From assembly GCA_001179505.1 (NCBI GenBank), contig CDMY01000472.1:1-64000 (forward strand): 64,000 nucleotides of DNA. Direction: 5' to 3'. Positions 36,797 through 50,859 of the stretch are shown in pieces. The position numbers were made by a program, and so were the translations under genes. Source of the DNA: Vitrella brassicaformis CCMP3155 (lineage: Eukaryota; Protista; Chromerida). Each line of letters begins with the position of its first letter. The stretch's first letter is position 1. Under the pieces are notes generated by a model. The model had not been told where the DNA came from. It did not search any database and worked only from the letters and a program-made list of their open reading frames with translations.

Positions 36797-39649
36797 ATGG
36801 CGTTCGGGCTGTTGGTCGGCGAGGCCTTGGTGGCGGGAGGCATCCTCGCGGCCTCGTTTGTGCCGGAGAAGACGTGGCGGAGGCTCAAGGAGAGGCTGGG
36901 CCTCCTGTGGCGGGGTAAGCCCTCACTCACGTTCGTCCACAGGGCAGGGCGTGTACGCATGTGGTCGCTGGCTTGGAAGTACGTATGTGTGATTGTTTGT
37001 CAAATGCCCCCCCCCCCCCCCCCCCNNNNNNNNNNNNNNNNNNNNNNNNNNNNNNNNNNNNNNNNNNNNNNNNNNNNNNNNNNNNNNNNNNNNNNNNNNN
37101 NNNNNNNNNNNNNNNNNNNNNNNNNNNNNNNNNNNNNNNNNNNNNNNNNNNNNNNNNNNNNNNNNNNNNNNNNNNNNNNNNNNNNNNNNNNNNNNNNNNN
37201 NNNNNNNNNNNNNNNNNNNNNNNNNNNNNNNNNNNNNNNNNNNNNNNNNNNNNNNNNNNNNNNNNNNNNNNNNNNNNNNNNNNNNNNNNNNNNNNNNNNN
37301 NNNNNNNNNNNNNNNNNNNNNNNNNCCCCCCCCCCCCCCCTCAGGCCTGCCCGAGAAGGTGGACAAGGAATGCCAATGCCCTGACGTCGCACGACGTCAT
37401 TCCTTCCCATCGTCTCGGGGGAGCCCCACTGGGCAGGTCAGGGCGGCTCCGGCGGTGATGCAAGACGGAAACACCCAGACAGGTGGGCGAGCGGGTGGTA
37501 TTCTCAAGCCGAGTGAACACACGAACTCCCACATGTGGTTGGTGTCCATGTGTGTGTGCTTTATAAAATAGAGGGAGATGCCGTCGTGTCGGGACACCAA
37601 GGGGTGACAGCCGCCGGGAAGAAGAGGCTCGCGCGCCTTATGATTCAAAGGCTCAGGCAGGTCAGTCCGTGGGTGCACTTATGAAAAATACAGTTACCGG
37701 ATAAATGCCCAGTATCTGTGTGGCTGCCTTTCTCTGCCTGTGTCAGGAGGTCCGCGATGTCAGCAATTCTGTCGGTGTGTCGCGTTCCCGGCGACCCCCA
37801 GCCCCTGAGCACCAGCAGCAACACCCGGGCCGTGGCGGACCCATCAGCCCAGCAGGTGAGCCAGCCGCGACCGACCCTTTACCCAAATCATTGTCATGTT
37901 GGTGGCATCCATGTGTTGCTGCAGGCTCAGACACCAGCAGTGATCAGGGGCCTTCGGCTAGCGTACAACCGCCGCCCACTCAGCCTCTTGCCAACACACT
38001 CTCATCAGCGTTTCGCGACAAGTTTGCTGCCACCGTGGGTCCCCCCTCACTCATGTCGCCCCTGCGCGGCGGCGTCACGCCTACCGGCCATCGTGCTGCT
38101 CACATGGAGGCGGCTCACCAGCCACAAGCCCAGCCGAAGATCCTACGTTCAACACAGGCGGCAGCGGCGGCTGGCAGTGGAGATTCTGGGACGCCTGAGT
38201 TGCCGCTGCGACGGGGGTGGGATGCAGGGGGGCTGAGGACACCCAGCAGTGGGGGGAGTGAGCATGGCGGCACGTATATGCCACCTCCGCCGATCCCAAA
38301 GGTAGGGATCATGCCGAGTGGCCACAGTGCTGATCCCTACGGCAAGTTTCACGTCCAGCCGGAGATCGCGGCAGCTGCCGCGGCGGCCAGCAGTGGGGAC
38401 ACGGGCAGGTCCTTCTTCGTCCCGAGACGTGGGTGGGACGGAGGGGGGCTGAGGACCCCCAGCAGCGGGGGTGCATCCGAGTTTGAGGCCGATGGCGCAG
38501 GTAGGTAGGATGGATACAGAATGAGAGGGCGGGGAGGGGTACGTACACACCGCTTCTTTTCTCTTGTGTGTGTGTATGCTGGCAGGCACGCGTGGTGGTG
38601 CGGCTGGTGCTGACAGCCTCGGGCTGGGGCTTGGTGGGCTGCCACCCTGGCGTCATCCACAGGAATATCGCCCACCACAACCCTCCCTCGGCCGCATCGT
38701 CCACCGAGGTGGCAGCTCAGGCTTCGACCCACAGCGAGTCTTTTGGAAACCTCCCAGGACCACCAGCAGCAGGAAGAGTGGCGGGGGGGCAACGAGCTGA
38801 CTCTCGCCAGTCGGCCAGAGGAGTATGCATCAGCAGCTGCCGCAAGTGGGTCGGGAAGGTTGTTCCGCTTTGACAGCGGTGAGTGAGTCAGTCAGTCACA
38901 GCGGGGTTACTCGGTCGTGGAGGAAGATGGGAGGTATGAATGTATATTGATTGTGTGTTGTCTGGTGTGGTGTCGTGTTATGTATGGCGCCTCAGGTGAG
39001 GGTCGTCAGCACAGCAGCAGCAGCGGTCAGGGAAGCGTGCTCGGCAGCCACGAGCTGAGCTCTCGTGAGAGCGGGCCACAGCCAAGTCGGGGGCCCTTAC
39101 GATCTCCACTAGGCGTTCAGCTGATCGATGACGACGGAGAGATTCACAGCGGTGAGTGAGTCACTCAGCCACAACGGGGTCAGTCAGATGGGGAGAGAGA
39201 GATACCTCCAGTCGCAGGTCATGTTATGACACTTCAGGTGGCCCCACCGTGTCTGATGACGACAGCGATGGCGGAGAGATCATGATATGGAAGAGGCCAG
39301 AGGTTGACGCCAGACATTCGGAGCAGCAGCAGGAGGAAAGCGATGACAGCAACACGAGCGTCATCCCGCAGGCCAGCCAGCAGCAGCAGACGGTTGGTGT
39401 GGGAACGGCCGTGGGGCAAGCTGCGGTGCGACGTGAGAAGGTTGTCCCAAGAAGGGGGTCGAGGTGAGGGAGCGATGGATGGATGGATGGGGAGCTTCGT
39501 TGATACTCAAGAAAGAGACTTTGCTTTGGGGCGTTGGTGGGGTGAGGGCTGGCTGTGACTTGCTGCTGGACTGTTCTGGTGTGTATGTCCTATTTTCAGC
39601 TGACCTAAGTGACTGCAGTGGTGTTAGCATGTGGCCTGACTGTTGCTGA
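36797..39649 (+). CDS. Hypothetical low-complexity protein with a hydrophobic N-terminus, spanning a gap
   Basis: MAFGLLVGEALVAGGILAASF start, ORF 37705-38508 and further GT-AG bounded exons. The exon linkage is unverified. Confidence 0.4.
37026..37325. other. Assembly gap (300 N) flanked by C homopolymers
   Basis: Run of N in the sequence. Confidence 1.
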
Positions 39650-42600
39650 GGAAGGGCATTGGGCGCAGTGAGGGTTACATGGACGCTGTGCATGCACCTG
39701 CGTCTTGAAGGGAGCGGGTGTATGCGACGGGTGGGTGGGTGTCTGGCTGCAATTGAGACATTGCTTGCAGGGGAGGGAGGACTGAGGACTTGATGGTATG
39801 TGGGATAGACATGTCAGGTGCCTGTGCGTTGGGTCAGTAAGGCTGGCTGCTGGAATCTCGTGCATTTGTCCCGTCTTAGTCAAAAATCCTCATGACATTA
39901 CCACACATGTCCTGTGACTCATACCACTTAACAACGCTACGGCAAATGTGCGTCAGATCGGTGGTGGTGCAGGCTAAGATTGTCCGGATCTGTTTCCAGC
40001 TCGCCCAATTGCCAAGCTCGCAGGGGGCAACCGGAGGAGGAAGAGAAGGGCAGGAGATGCAAGCAACAATGCATTCACCGTGGCTGCCTTCCTTCTTCTT
40101 TACTGTCGTGCAGGTCGTCTTTAAAAGAAAGAAAGAAAGAAAGAAAGAAGAGTATGGGCGCGTGATAGACGCCTCCCCCGAAGCCATACATACGGCGGTG
40201 CATGACTCGCTTCCTACCCCTTGACGGGCCCACTCGTCAGGCACAGCGATGGATGCATCGATGGGCTTACAATGTGAGGTCGGTGGCGAACGCGCGGATG
40301 GCTTGGGTTGGTCAATCAGTTACTGGATGGCTTCTTGGGAGCGGCGAAAGGACGACCATGCACACGTTGACACCCACCCCTCATGTGAGCACACAAAACG
40401 CAGGACAGCCGTGCACGTCATCTGATGACTTTTGTGATCGCATGAGTGTCCGTTACTTCTTGCAGGGCCGGCAGGCAGTGCGTTAGGACTGGTGGTTCTG
40501 TCCTGTGTCGGCCGATGTCAATAAGTTGACGCACAAGAACCAGAATGGACGAGTAACCAAGCACCCCCCACACAAGCCGATTGTAGACACCTATCCCTCT
40601 CTCTTTGTCTGTCAGGAGAGGCGTGCGGCCCATGCGAGCGGTGCTGGTGCTCACAAGACAGTCATCATATCCCCAGTGTATTTGCTGAGGAGGCCCGCTG
40701 GTCTCGTGTGGCCTCCTTCCTGGTGGCTCTTGGTCCGTCTATGACGCTATCGACCAAGCCGGCATGACATCACCCAAATGGGTACGAACACACAGATACC
40801 TACATTACCAGCCAGTGTTCGCTTCCTTCCATCTCCATCTTTGGTGTAGGGCATATGTATGGTACATGCACTGAGAAGGAGACCCACCGATGTCGCTGCT
40901 CTCAGGTAATCAACAAACTTGACACGCACGTGAACCGTTCCGGATAGCCGGAGAGCTTTGTCTCCTGTCTGTGTGTCAGTCGGCTATCGAGGATGGGGAG
41001 CGCCGGTCGGTCCGTGCGGCTTCTTTCTGGCGCCTTGTGATCGAAGTTACCCAATCGATTGAGCCAATGTAGCCTCACCACAATGGGTACAGACACAAGT
41101 GGGGCTCGGCAGCCGGTCATCACTGACTTAAATTTCATCTTTCGTGCAGGGCATATGGGTGGTTTCATGAGAGAGAGAAGGGCGTGGATGTCACTGCTCC
41201 CACTGCTCTTCTGTCGTGGCTTTTGGCGGCTAATCTCTCTGCCTGGCGCCGGCCATGCCATCGCTGTGTGCCAGGCGTTGAGTAGGCAGGATCGGTGCAT
41301 GTGTGTCTGGGCTGCTGATGTCAGTGAAGCGATGGGATTTTGGAGGGCAGCCCACGGAGCCATGAAGTGGGTCCACTCAGTGCCAATGAAGGTGAAGAAC
41401 ATCTCACCAAACACACCACTCATGCAAACCACGGCGTGAAATCATCCCATTGCAAAGGTCAACAAGAAAGGCAAGCCGTTTCGGTCCATGCTGGCTGGTC
41501 AAGAGCTTTTGAGCCTCGCTGAGGATCCACTAGAGGGCAAATAAAGGCTGCTCTGCACGCATCTCGCGCGTCAGACCTCCATCCAGCCAACCGGCAAAGG
41601 AGAAAAGTGAGCGGGATGGAGCAATCTGGCCTCACCTGCGGCAGCAGCCATCGTCTCTGCCTCTGTCTGCCTTTAATGGCTTCTTATTGTCCGCAGAAAA
41701 CGAAATCCAGATGTGGCGAGATTTTCGCGAGCTTGAGACGCCTGAGACGCCCCTGAACTTTTTGCAACAAAGTTTCACATTTTTCGCCCGGGTTGGGCTT
41801 TCCAGCCTCATTTCGGCCACAGATCCTCCAGCTATTCATCTTTTCGGCTGCTTTTTGGCTTGTGTTGTCCGCCCCATCCCCCTCTACCCCTCCCAACTCG
41901 TCCCGATTTTTCCGCCACTTTTTTCCTCCACCGCCGTGCCCCGGGAGAGGCGTCGTTTGGTGGTGCGCTGCCTTCTGCAGAGCGGCTGGCGACTGGCTTG
42001 CGCCTGCCGAGTGCGCATGTGCCTTCTTTCCGCACAAACCGATCTCCAACAGGCGAGTACATATAAGTGTGGCCTCGTGCGTCACGTCTCTTGGGTGTCG
42101 TGATGGTGTGGTGTTTGGACGAAGTGCAGGGATGACTGCATGGAGCATCTCGTTGCCATGGGTGTCCTCAGATGCCTCAACTTGTCATGCCTGTGTGCGC
42201 AGATGAGATGGTGATTTCTTTTTCTCGTTCCCGTCTCATTTTCTCGACACATTCCTCTGAAGGTTGGAAAGTGCCTCACTGAGTCTGGTCCACGTCAATG
42301 CCCTTGTCTGCTGCCTTTCAGAAATGCGGTCCTTTGGACCGACGAGAAAAGAGACAGATTTGAACAATTAATTACCAGATTCCGGCTGGGAAGTTTTCAC
42401 TTCCACGACAACAACAAGCCCAATCAGGAGACATGCACATGAGGTGCACAAGGGTACCCGCGTACAGTGCACTGTGTCAGAAATTCAGAATGCTCACTGC
42501 TTTGATGAGCAGAAAAAGGAGCTGTGCTTTCAGACAAATGCGGAGCTTCTGAGTAGCCAGTCGCTTCATTCGCCCTGTCACCAAGGGCTCTTCATCCCTT

Positions 42601-43057
42601 TTGCCTTCTTTTTCAGCTCAGCGAGAAAAGTCTTGGCTGCATGTTCTTCTTTCCCTTTCCCGGCGGCCGAGAAGGCACGTAAGTAAGGCAGAAAGCACGT
42701 AATTGCTCATATCTCCTCCGTGTTGCCAGACGTTAATAACGAATGCGTGTATGGTGTGTGCCTCCAGATACGAGAAACTGAGGATGCTGGAGGCCGCCGT
42801 GGAGAGCGACTGCTGCCGCGGGTAAGAAGGGGCTGCGCTAGAGAAGCGTTCGTAAGTCGGAATGAGACACAGAAAACGAACAGGCAAATAGAAAGGCAGA
42901 AGGACAAGATTGTCCTTCTGCAGACTGCGAATCGTCCTTGCTGCCGGAGATTTGAGCGATCACCCGTGCAACCTTTCTTCGATGGATTCCGGGAGAAGTG
43001 GGGGGGAAGTCCGTCGTGGTTCCGCGCAGAGGGGGTGCTCGAGGAGGTGGTAGGATC

Positions 43058-44392
43058 ATGGCGGACGAGAAGTCTATTGTCGACTTAGCGAATCATGAGC
43101 TGGCGAGCGTAGGCAGTCTGGATGACGGTGAGTGCAAAACGAGTGTATTACCAACCCATCGACAGCTGCCCGCTGTCATGTACTCAGTTGAAGAGGATGC
43201 GTTCCCATCGGATGCCGGTGCTCCGTCTGCCGGTGCTCCGTCTGCCGGTGCTCCGTCCGCATCCTTCCTGGCGAGCACATCAGTGGGAGGTGAGTGAGCC
43301 CCGCACACCACACCGCACACGTCACAGTTGCGCCCATGTGTGGTGCTGTGTTGCTGGCTGTCTTTCTTTCTTTCTCAGACAAGAGCATGACTTCACTGCA
43401 TACCCAGAGCTGTATTGTACCCCAATCCGACGGCAGGCTCACCAGCAACAAGTGTCGCACGCTGCCACCAAAGCTGAATCCAGCTCCGTAAGCAGGACGC
43501 CAGTGCACAGCCAGACGTGACCACTGAATGTGGGTGTGGTGTGTGTCATGTGATTAGCATCGTGGGCAGCACCATGTGTTGGCGGTGTGAGCACCTGGGT
43601 ATGATAGAGAGTCTCATACGGCCAACTCCCAACACACGCAGGCACCACCTCTATCTGTGCGGTTGCAGTCGATGAAGACGATGAAGACGATGAAGACGAT
43701 GGACGACACGCTTAGAAGAGCACCGGTGAGACCGAGCTCGAGAAGCTCGAGAAGGGATTAGACGTGACCGCCAGCTGGCTGAAGGTGAGCCTCGCTCAAT
43801 CGCATGCCAAATTTGCTGCGTACAGGCAGAGAGGGGGCACAGGTAGCTGGGCAGATGGGCAGTTAGCTGCCTGGGAGCGCTGCGTGTGTGTGGCGGCACT
43901 GCACACATGGTTGGCCTCAATTGGTGCTGGTTCTGTGGGTGTGGTGTTGCAGAGCTGGCCCGTTACGACCGCGGGCAGCTGCTGGGGCTGTGGAAGGAGA
44001 AGGAGCACCTGCAGGGTAGGCCCCAACACCAGCATACCTCCCTGTCAGTCGCTGTCACTTCTTTATTACGACTGGGTGTGTGTGATCCGCGGCGTGCAGA
44101 ACTTGTGAATAGGTGGCGGGGGAGGCAGCAGGCCGACGCAGAGAGGCTGAATAAGGCGCTCAATACTATCGAGAAGGCCAAACAGAACCAGGTGCGTGCA
44201 CAGATGTGGGTCGTTGGCATGTCGGCTGGCAGATGTCCTTTCTGCCTGCGTGCCCGTGTGTGTGATGTTGTGAGTACAGGAAATACTCGTCGCCGCTGCC
44301 GCCAAACTGGAGGTCAGAGGCTCAGTCCTCCTCTCCCCCTACTCACAGACACACACACACACTCGCTGAAGGCCATGATAGCCAAGCTGTAG
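43058..44392 (+). pseudogene. Hypothetical acidic/coiled-coil protein, probably disrupted
   Basis: MADEKSIVDLANHELASVGSLDD start, AGAPS x3 repeat, DEDDEDDEDDGRHA*KSTGETELEKLEKG with an in-frame TAG at 43713-43715, then ELARYDRGQLLGLWKEKE.. Confidence 0.4.
43214..43259 (+). repeat. 15-bp tandem repeat x3 (gccggtgctccgtct)
   Basis: Visible directly; encodes AGAPS x3. Confidence 0.9.
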
Positions 44393-47220
44393 CAGGTACA
44401 CATAGGCGTACTGTACTCCACAGACAGATCGAACCACACAGAGAGGACCATTCATGCGCACACACCCAACACACATATGCTTTGTTCGTTCGTTTGTGTT
44501 GCCCATATCAGCAACTAGAGGCGGCGACCACCACAGCCCACCAGCCGTCCACGGCGTCGGGGAGCCCGGCCTCAGCGTCGGCCTCCCATTCGCTAAGCCC
44601 TCACCTCCCCCCTCGGCCGCTCAACGCAGCGTGCGAGACGCCGCCCTCCAGGCGCAGGGGAAGAAGATCGGGCTGGTGCGGGGGCCGCGAGGCCCCCAGC
44701 ATCAGCAGACACAGACAGGAGAGAGGAGGTATGGATGTCGGGAGGATGCTGCTTCTTTCACCGATGTCTCTGTCTCTGCTGCCATGTCTCTGTGTGTGTT
44801 TTGTGTCTTCAGCCGCAGTGTATCGCTGCCTTCATTTTATATCCGTGGACATTTTCATTTCACTTCAGCGGCGTTGGATTCCCAACCGCAACAGATGCGA
44901 CAGGTTCGAAAAGAAGACAAGTCGATGAACTATACAATCCCTGCCTCTCTTTCTCTTTGCTGTATCTCCGTCCGTCTGCTTGCCTTTATGTCTCTCCTGC
45001 TACTCAGGCGATATCGGCACTGATGTCTCCCCTTTGTGCTCCGCAGCAGCAGCACCATCAACAGCATCGTCATCAGCAGGCCTTCGTCATGATGTGGCTG
45101 CCCCTCCCCATGTGCCCACCATGAGGCCACTCGAGCGGACCCCCGCTCATAGGCGTCAGAAGGCGCCCGCACCAAGGCCGCCACGCACCCCTCGCAACAC
45201 GTGGCCATGGCAGACGCGAGTCAACCCCTACACCTGCCCGCCCTGCCTCCGGGCTCAGAGGGACGAGGGCGAGGAGAGCGGTGAGGAGGGAGGACAGCAG
45301 GAGAGGGCACGGGAGAAGAAGGGCTGTGCTCGCGACTTCCAGGCGCCAGGGAGCCCATCGACGGCGGCCGGCCTTATCCCGTCCGACGGCGGCTCGCCAC
45401 CTTTGCTTGTGGCCCTCCCTGACTCGCCACAGCCACCCGCCGCCCAGCCCAGCCACTAACCGCAGCACACCAGGGGATCGAGCTGCTGGGGTTCCAGCCA
45501 TCCGGCCGTTATGGCGCGGATTGAGGACAGGTTTGGGCTCATCGAGGGCCATACCCCCAGCCGCCCGCGTGATGGTCAAGACGCTGGTTCCCCGCGGTCT
45601 GCACAACTACCACCCCCAGGATGCGGCGGATCTCATCGAACGGCTGAGTAGGAAGGCAGCGGTCATCAAGGCCATCTCGGGGCTGACGGGGAACGGCGGG
45701 CACCCCATCACCCCAACCATGGTGGCATGCGGCGACATCGACCCCCTGTCGCACCTGCCCCTCCGGCTGATGAGTAGGGAGTGGCATGGGTACCGGGAGA
45801 GGAGGTATGCGGAGGAGCGTCCCAGCGGCCCCAACAGCCGCATGGAGGTGGAGCTCGACGGCTACTACATCATGTGCCATTACGCTGGTACGCCCGTCAG
45901 TGACACACCGGGAGGGGGACACACAGGGGAATACAGGGGAGGGGCAGGCGTCTATGTGGCTGTCTGTCTGCTTGCTGTCCTGTGTGTCCTGTGTATTCAG
46001 CGTTTTCGTCTGAGGCCACCATCGCAGCCCTCGACGCACAGCCCCATGCACAGCCGTCCGCCCGATTCGCCCCACTCCCGCCACCACCTGGGTTCGCCTC
46101 AGGGAGCGACGACAGCGACTCAGACGACGACGAGCCAGCGGCGCCACCTGGAGAGGAGACGACGACGAAGAGGTGTGGGTGGGTGATGAGGGTGAGGAGG
46201 ACGACTGGGTGCCGGACGAGATCCGCGAGATGTGGGAGGAAAAGACGGTTGAGGAGGCGAGGAGAGCGGCCGAGAAGGCCGAGGAGAGCGGCTTTGTCAT
46301 ATCCTGCCTTCATTTTATATCGGTGGGCGTATTTCCCCTCTTTCCGCTGCTTGCAGCCTCCTCGGAGACCTGCGTCGGACAAGGCGTGGCTGAGGGTGAT
46401 GACGGTTAGGGTAAGCTTCAAATTCCATCTTGGAAACAAAATGTGAATTTGGAGTTCAGATAGAAGGTTTGCTCATACACGGATCGGTGCAGGGAGTCCA
46501 CAGGTGTGTGGGACAAACTCCTCCGGCACTGCCCTGATTGGTATGAGGACAAGGACGATACGTCGCTGCCGGCCTGTGTGTGTGGTCATCAAGCCACCCC
46601 ACAACCACTATTGTGTTGTGCTTTGTGGTATGTGTTAGGGGGGCTGCCGCAGTCAAGTCGCTGTCCGAGGGCGGCCTCGCCTTCATGACCAAATCCATCC
46701 TCTTCGGCCTCAGTCAACTGCGCGAGAGGTGTGTGCGTGTCAAAGCTGGCCAACGCCGGCGACATCGCGCCGCCCTATGGTAGGGTGCAGGAGCCCTCCC
46801 CCCTCCCACAGCAGCAGCAGCCGGCCATCACCGAGGCACCGACAGGGGCGCTGCCCGTGGCACCCCGCCCTGCAGCCGGTCATCAGACTGGGGAGGGGGC
46901 GGTTGACATCGTTTGGGTGCCTCCCGATGGCTGGAATGGCCTTGAGAGCAACACCAGGGGCGCTTCGGACGTGACGACCAACTACGAGTTGAACAGCACC
47001 ATCCGTTCGCGGATGCACTGGCCAGCGGTGACTGCCCCCGACACACAATTCCACGGCGATGTGCTTGTCTTAGAGGAGCGCAGTTCCCAGCGGTGCCGCG
47101 ACGTCGAACAGCTCATCGCCGAACAGAACCCCCCAACCCACTTGATGTGTGCTGCTGTCCTTTTGTCAGTGAGTCGTTTGTCTAATGACTGATCCCCAGC
47201 CTCGTCCCGGTGGTTCCTCA

Positions 47221-47850
47221 GGTGGGTGGCGACGGGTCCATCTTACGATACCATTTGCGTGCCTTTGCTGCTTCTGTTGACGCAGGAGGCGTCTTCAGAG
47301 GGCCTGCAAGATGCTGGGGGTGTCTGAGTGGGACAACAAGGGGCTGGTCCGCCACGCCTACCACAAAGGCCCTGCAGCACCACCCCGACAAAGGAGGCAC
47401 GAAGGAGGGCTTCCAGCGGCTCAAGAGGGCGTACGAGCTGGTGAATGCAGCGGCGCCGGAGCCACCCAAGAGCTGTGAGGAGGGCGAGGCCACGGGTGCG
47501 TGCCTCGACAGGCTGAGTGGTCTGTGCCCTTAGTGCGCCAAGATGTACCAGGTGCGTGCATTGCGGTTGAGAGAAAGTCATGTCTCTCTCACCTGATGTT
47601 CGTTTCCGCTGTGTGTGTTGGGCTCTCGTCAGACCAAGGCGTTGAGGGAGATGACGTGGGAGGCCGAGGCCAAGGCGCCAGTGGCAGAGGAGGAGGCCCA
47701 CGCCGCGACCACCCCCGCCGCCACGGTCAGAAGCCGCTCTTCCTTTCACACCGACCAGGGGCCGCCCGTCACCAGCAGGGGGGAGGGGCTCTGGAGCCGC
47801 TGGTTTCCAGACCCCTTCTGCACCTGCTGCACCCACCCCGACGGCAACTG
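47221..47850 (+). pseudogene. Disabled J-domain (DnaJ) gene copy
   Basis: Retains ALQHHPDKGGTKEGFQRLKRAYE. The frame is broken upstream of it relative to the 50795 copy, and TAG at 47531-47533 replaces a Lys codon. Confidence 0.85.
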
Positions 47851-50800
47851 ACGGCTGCTGTTGGTGGGTGTTGTCAGCCACGCCCCCAACAGCAGCACGT
47901 CGCACCTGCGTAGCCTCGCCCCCAGAAGAAGAAGGACAAGAGGGACGGGCATCCCGGTGAGGCGAGCTGTGGATAGTGAAGTGTCATGAGTGCTTCTTCC
48001 GTCATGTCTCTGTACATGTATGTGTGTCTCTGTGCAGCCCGTCGTACCGCTGTCTACATTTTATATTGGTGGACATATCAAACCCTTTCGACGCCCTCAA
48101 CATATCCTCGCACGGCCTGCGCGACCACCATCAAGCCCCGCGAGGAGGCCGAGCTGGTCGAGCGGCTCAAGAGGGAGGCAGCGGCCGTCAACGCCATCTC
48201 AGGTCTGACGGAGGAGGGCGCCCACCCCGTGTCACTTACACATACGGGAAAGAGGGGGACACACAGGGGAATACAGGGGGGAGGCAGGTGTCCATGGAGC
48301 TGTCTGTCTGTCTGTCTGCTGTCCTTTGTGTCCTGTTCATTCAGCGTTTTTGTCTGAGGCCACCATCGCAGCCCTCGACGCACAGGCCCCTGCACAGCCG
48401 CCCGAATTAGCCGCCCCACTCGCCCAACCACCACTGCCCCCACCACCTCGGTTCGCCCCAGGGAGCGAGGACAGCGACTCGGACGACCACGAGCCAGCGG
48501 CGCCACCCCGAGAGGAGGAGGAGGACGTGTGGGTGGGTGAATGTCCTCTCGTCGGTCAGCGGATTGCTTAGAAGAGACATCAAGGCGATCAGCCTATAGA
48601 GGAGGAGGAGAAGGTATGGGTGCTGTTTCCTTCATGTCCTTGTCTGTCTCGCCATGTCTCTGTCTGTGTCTTGTGTTTTCAGCCGCAGTGTATCGCTGCC
48701 TTCATTTTATATCTGTAGCCGTCTTTGTTTATTTCACTTCAGCGGCGTTGGATTTCTTACAGCAAGGAAAGCGACAGGTTAGAAAAGAAGACCGGAGGGA
48801 TGGAAAGAGTCCGATGAAACAAACACATTCTCTGCCTCTCTCATTCTCTACTCTATCTCTGTCCGTCAGCTTGCCTTCATCCCTCTGCTATAGTCATTGC
48901 CTTTATCCCTCTGCTGGTCGACTACAGCCGAATTCAGCTCATTTGATAAATTCTCAGCTGACACCAGCCCATCAAAGCTCTGACAGGTCCTGTGAGTTGT
49001 TGCCTGCCTTGCCTGCAGGTCCCACCTCCATGAGGTCGTCTGGCAGGACTCGGATGTCAGCGACTCAGAGACGAAAAGCCTCAGCGAGTGCGCCCGCCAA
49101 ATCAACATACTCCACGGCCTACTGGACAAGTACTGGGAGGAGCTGTCGGACACTGGCGGCAGACCGGACCTTGACCTCATGAGAAGGAAGCACATGTACT
49201 CTGTCGCCAGTGAGGTGCGCGTACACACAGAGAGAGGGAGGGAGGTGGATGCATCATCCCTCCACGGTGGCATTTGTTTTCTCTTGGTGTGCAGCTGGAA
49301 GTGCAGGTGGCCGAGATCCTCAAACGGCACGAGCAGCACGTCAGGAACAAGCCGACCAGTATCATCAGCCTCCTGACCGTGTTGGTCATCCCGATGCTGG
49401 TCAAGATCGACCCTCTCAACGATGCGGCCGACCCCCTGAACGAGAAGCACTATCCAAAACTAGGAAGGGTGCGTTGAGGGCCCGCAGTGGGGCAATCGCC
49501 TGGCTGTCTATCTGTCTATGTCTGTCTGCCTGTCGGTGCTGTGTTCAGTTGTATCTGCAGATGAGCAGTCAGGACTGGAGGTTCTCGAAGTACGAGGAGG
49601 CGGTGCAGAGGACCCTCGTCTTCCACACTTCACGGCCTGCTCGAGAGGTACTTTGCCGAGCTAGAGGACACTGGCGCCAGACTGGACCACAACACCATCG
49701 CCACAAAGTACTCTGTCGCCGATGCGGTCCGCGTACACGCAGAGAGAGATGGATACGTCCATGGTGAGTTTTGGTTTCCCTTGCTGTGTGTCGCGCTTGT
49801 ATGAGTGCAGCTGGAGGCGGAGATTGCCCTTATCTTCGAGGTACTGGAGAAGCACATCAAGAGCCGGCCGACCAGTGTCATAGGCACCGTCACGGCGCTG
49901 CTGATCCCGGTGCTGGTCAAGATCGACCCTAACAACAAAGCGGCCGACCCCATGAGCGAGGACCACTACCCAAAATACGAGGGGTGCGCTGAGGGGCAGT
50001 GGGGTCAATCGCCAACGACAGACACCGGCCTCTTGGTGTTGTGTTTCAGGCATATTTCTCGCTGCGCGAGGACGAGATGTTCCAAAGGTATGTGGATGCT
50101 GTGGAGACAACTATGCACTTCCAGAAGGTCGGGGTCCCGAACTCGTACATGCTGGCCTTCTTCCGCCACCTGCCCCTGGGCGAGGCGCCCCCTGCGCCAC
50201 AAACAAGAGCCACCAAGTCAAGCGCCGACACAAGGACAAGATGGCCCAGTTGGAGCAGGTCTTCAGGCAAGGACAGGCGCCGACTGCAAGTCATCCAGCA
50301 GACCCTCGCCCGTCTGCAGCTGCCATCTGAAACCACACGCCGGCTGGTCAATTCAACCCCAGGGAGACAGTCCTGAGGCGCCACCCCGGGCGGCTGCAAT
50401 GAGAAGGAGAAGGTAAGGGCGAGGAGAGATATGCTTCATCCATGTCCTTGTTTGTTTCGCCATGTCTCTTTCCATTTTTTGTGTCTTCAGCCGCAGTGTA
50501 TCGCTGCCTTCATTTTATATCGGTGGGCCCATTTCCGCAGTGTTTCGGACCATCAGAGTCCCACAACAATCCGACAAAGACGTAAGTCATGTTCGATAGA
50601 AGTCAACAAGCACACAAGCCTGATGAACGTGTCCTGCAGCACCAGCAGCACCAGCGCGGCACCCCACCCCACGGCTGCTGTCCTTTTGTCAGTACCTCGC
50701 TGATGGACACCCTGACGTCGCCCTACTGGAGATACAGGACGATGACACCGTCCGCGGCGCAGCCCCGGCCCAAAAACTGATCGCAGCCGACAATGGTGGG

Positions 50801-50859
50801 TGGCGTCGAGTCCATCTTACGATACCATTTGCGTGTCTTCGCTGCTTCTGTTGGCGCAG

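Noticed and set aside
40200-42700. Possible degenerate gene or transposon remnant in a microsatellite-poor, T-rich stretch
   Set aside because: No consistent frame, recognisable domain or terminal repeat could be identified by eye.
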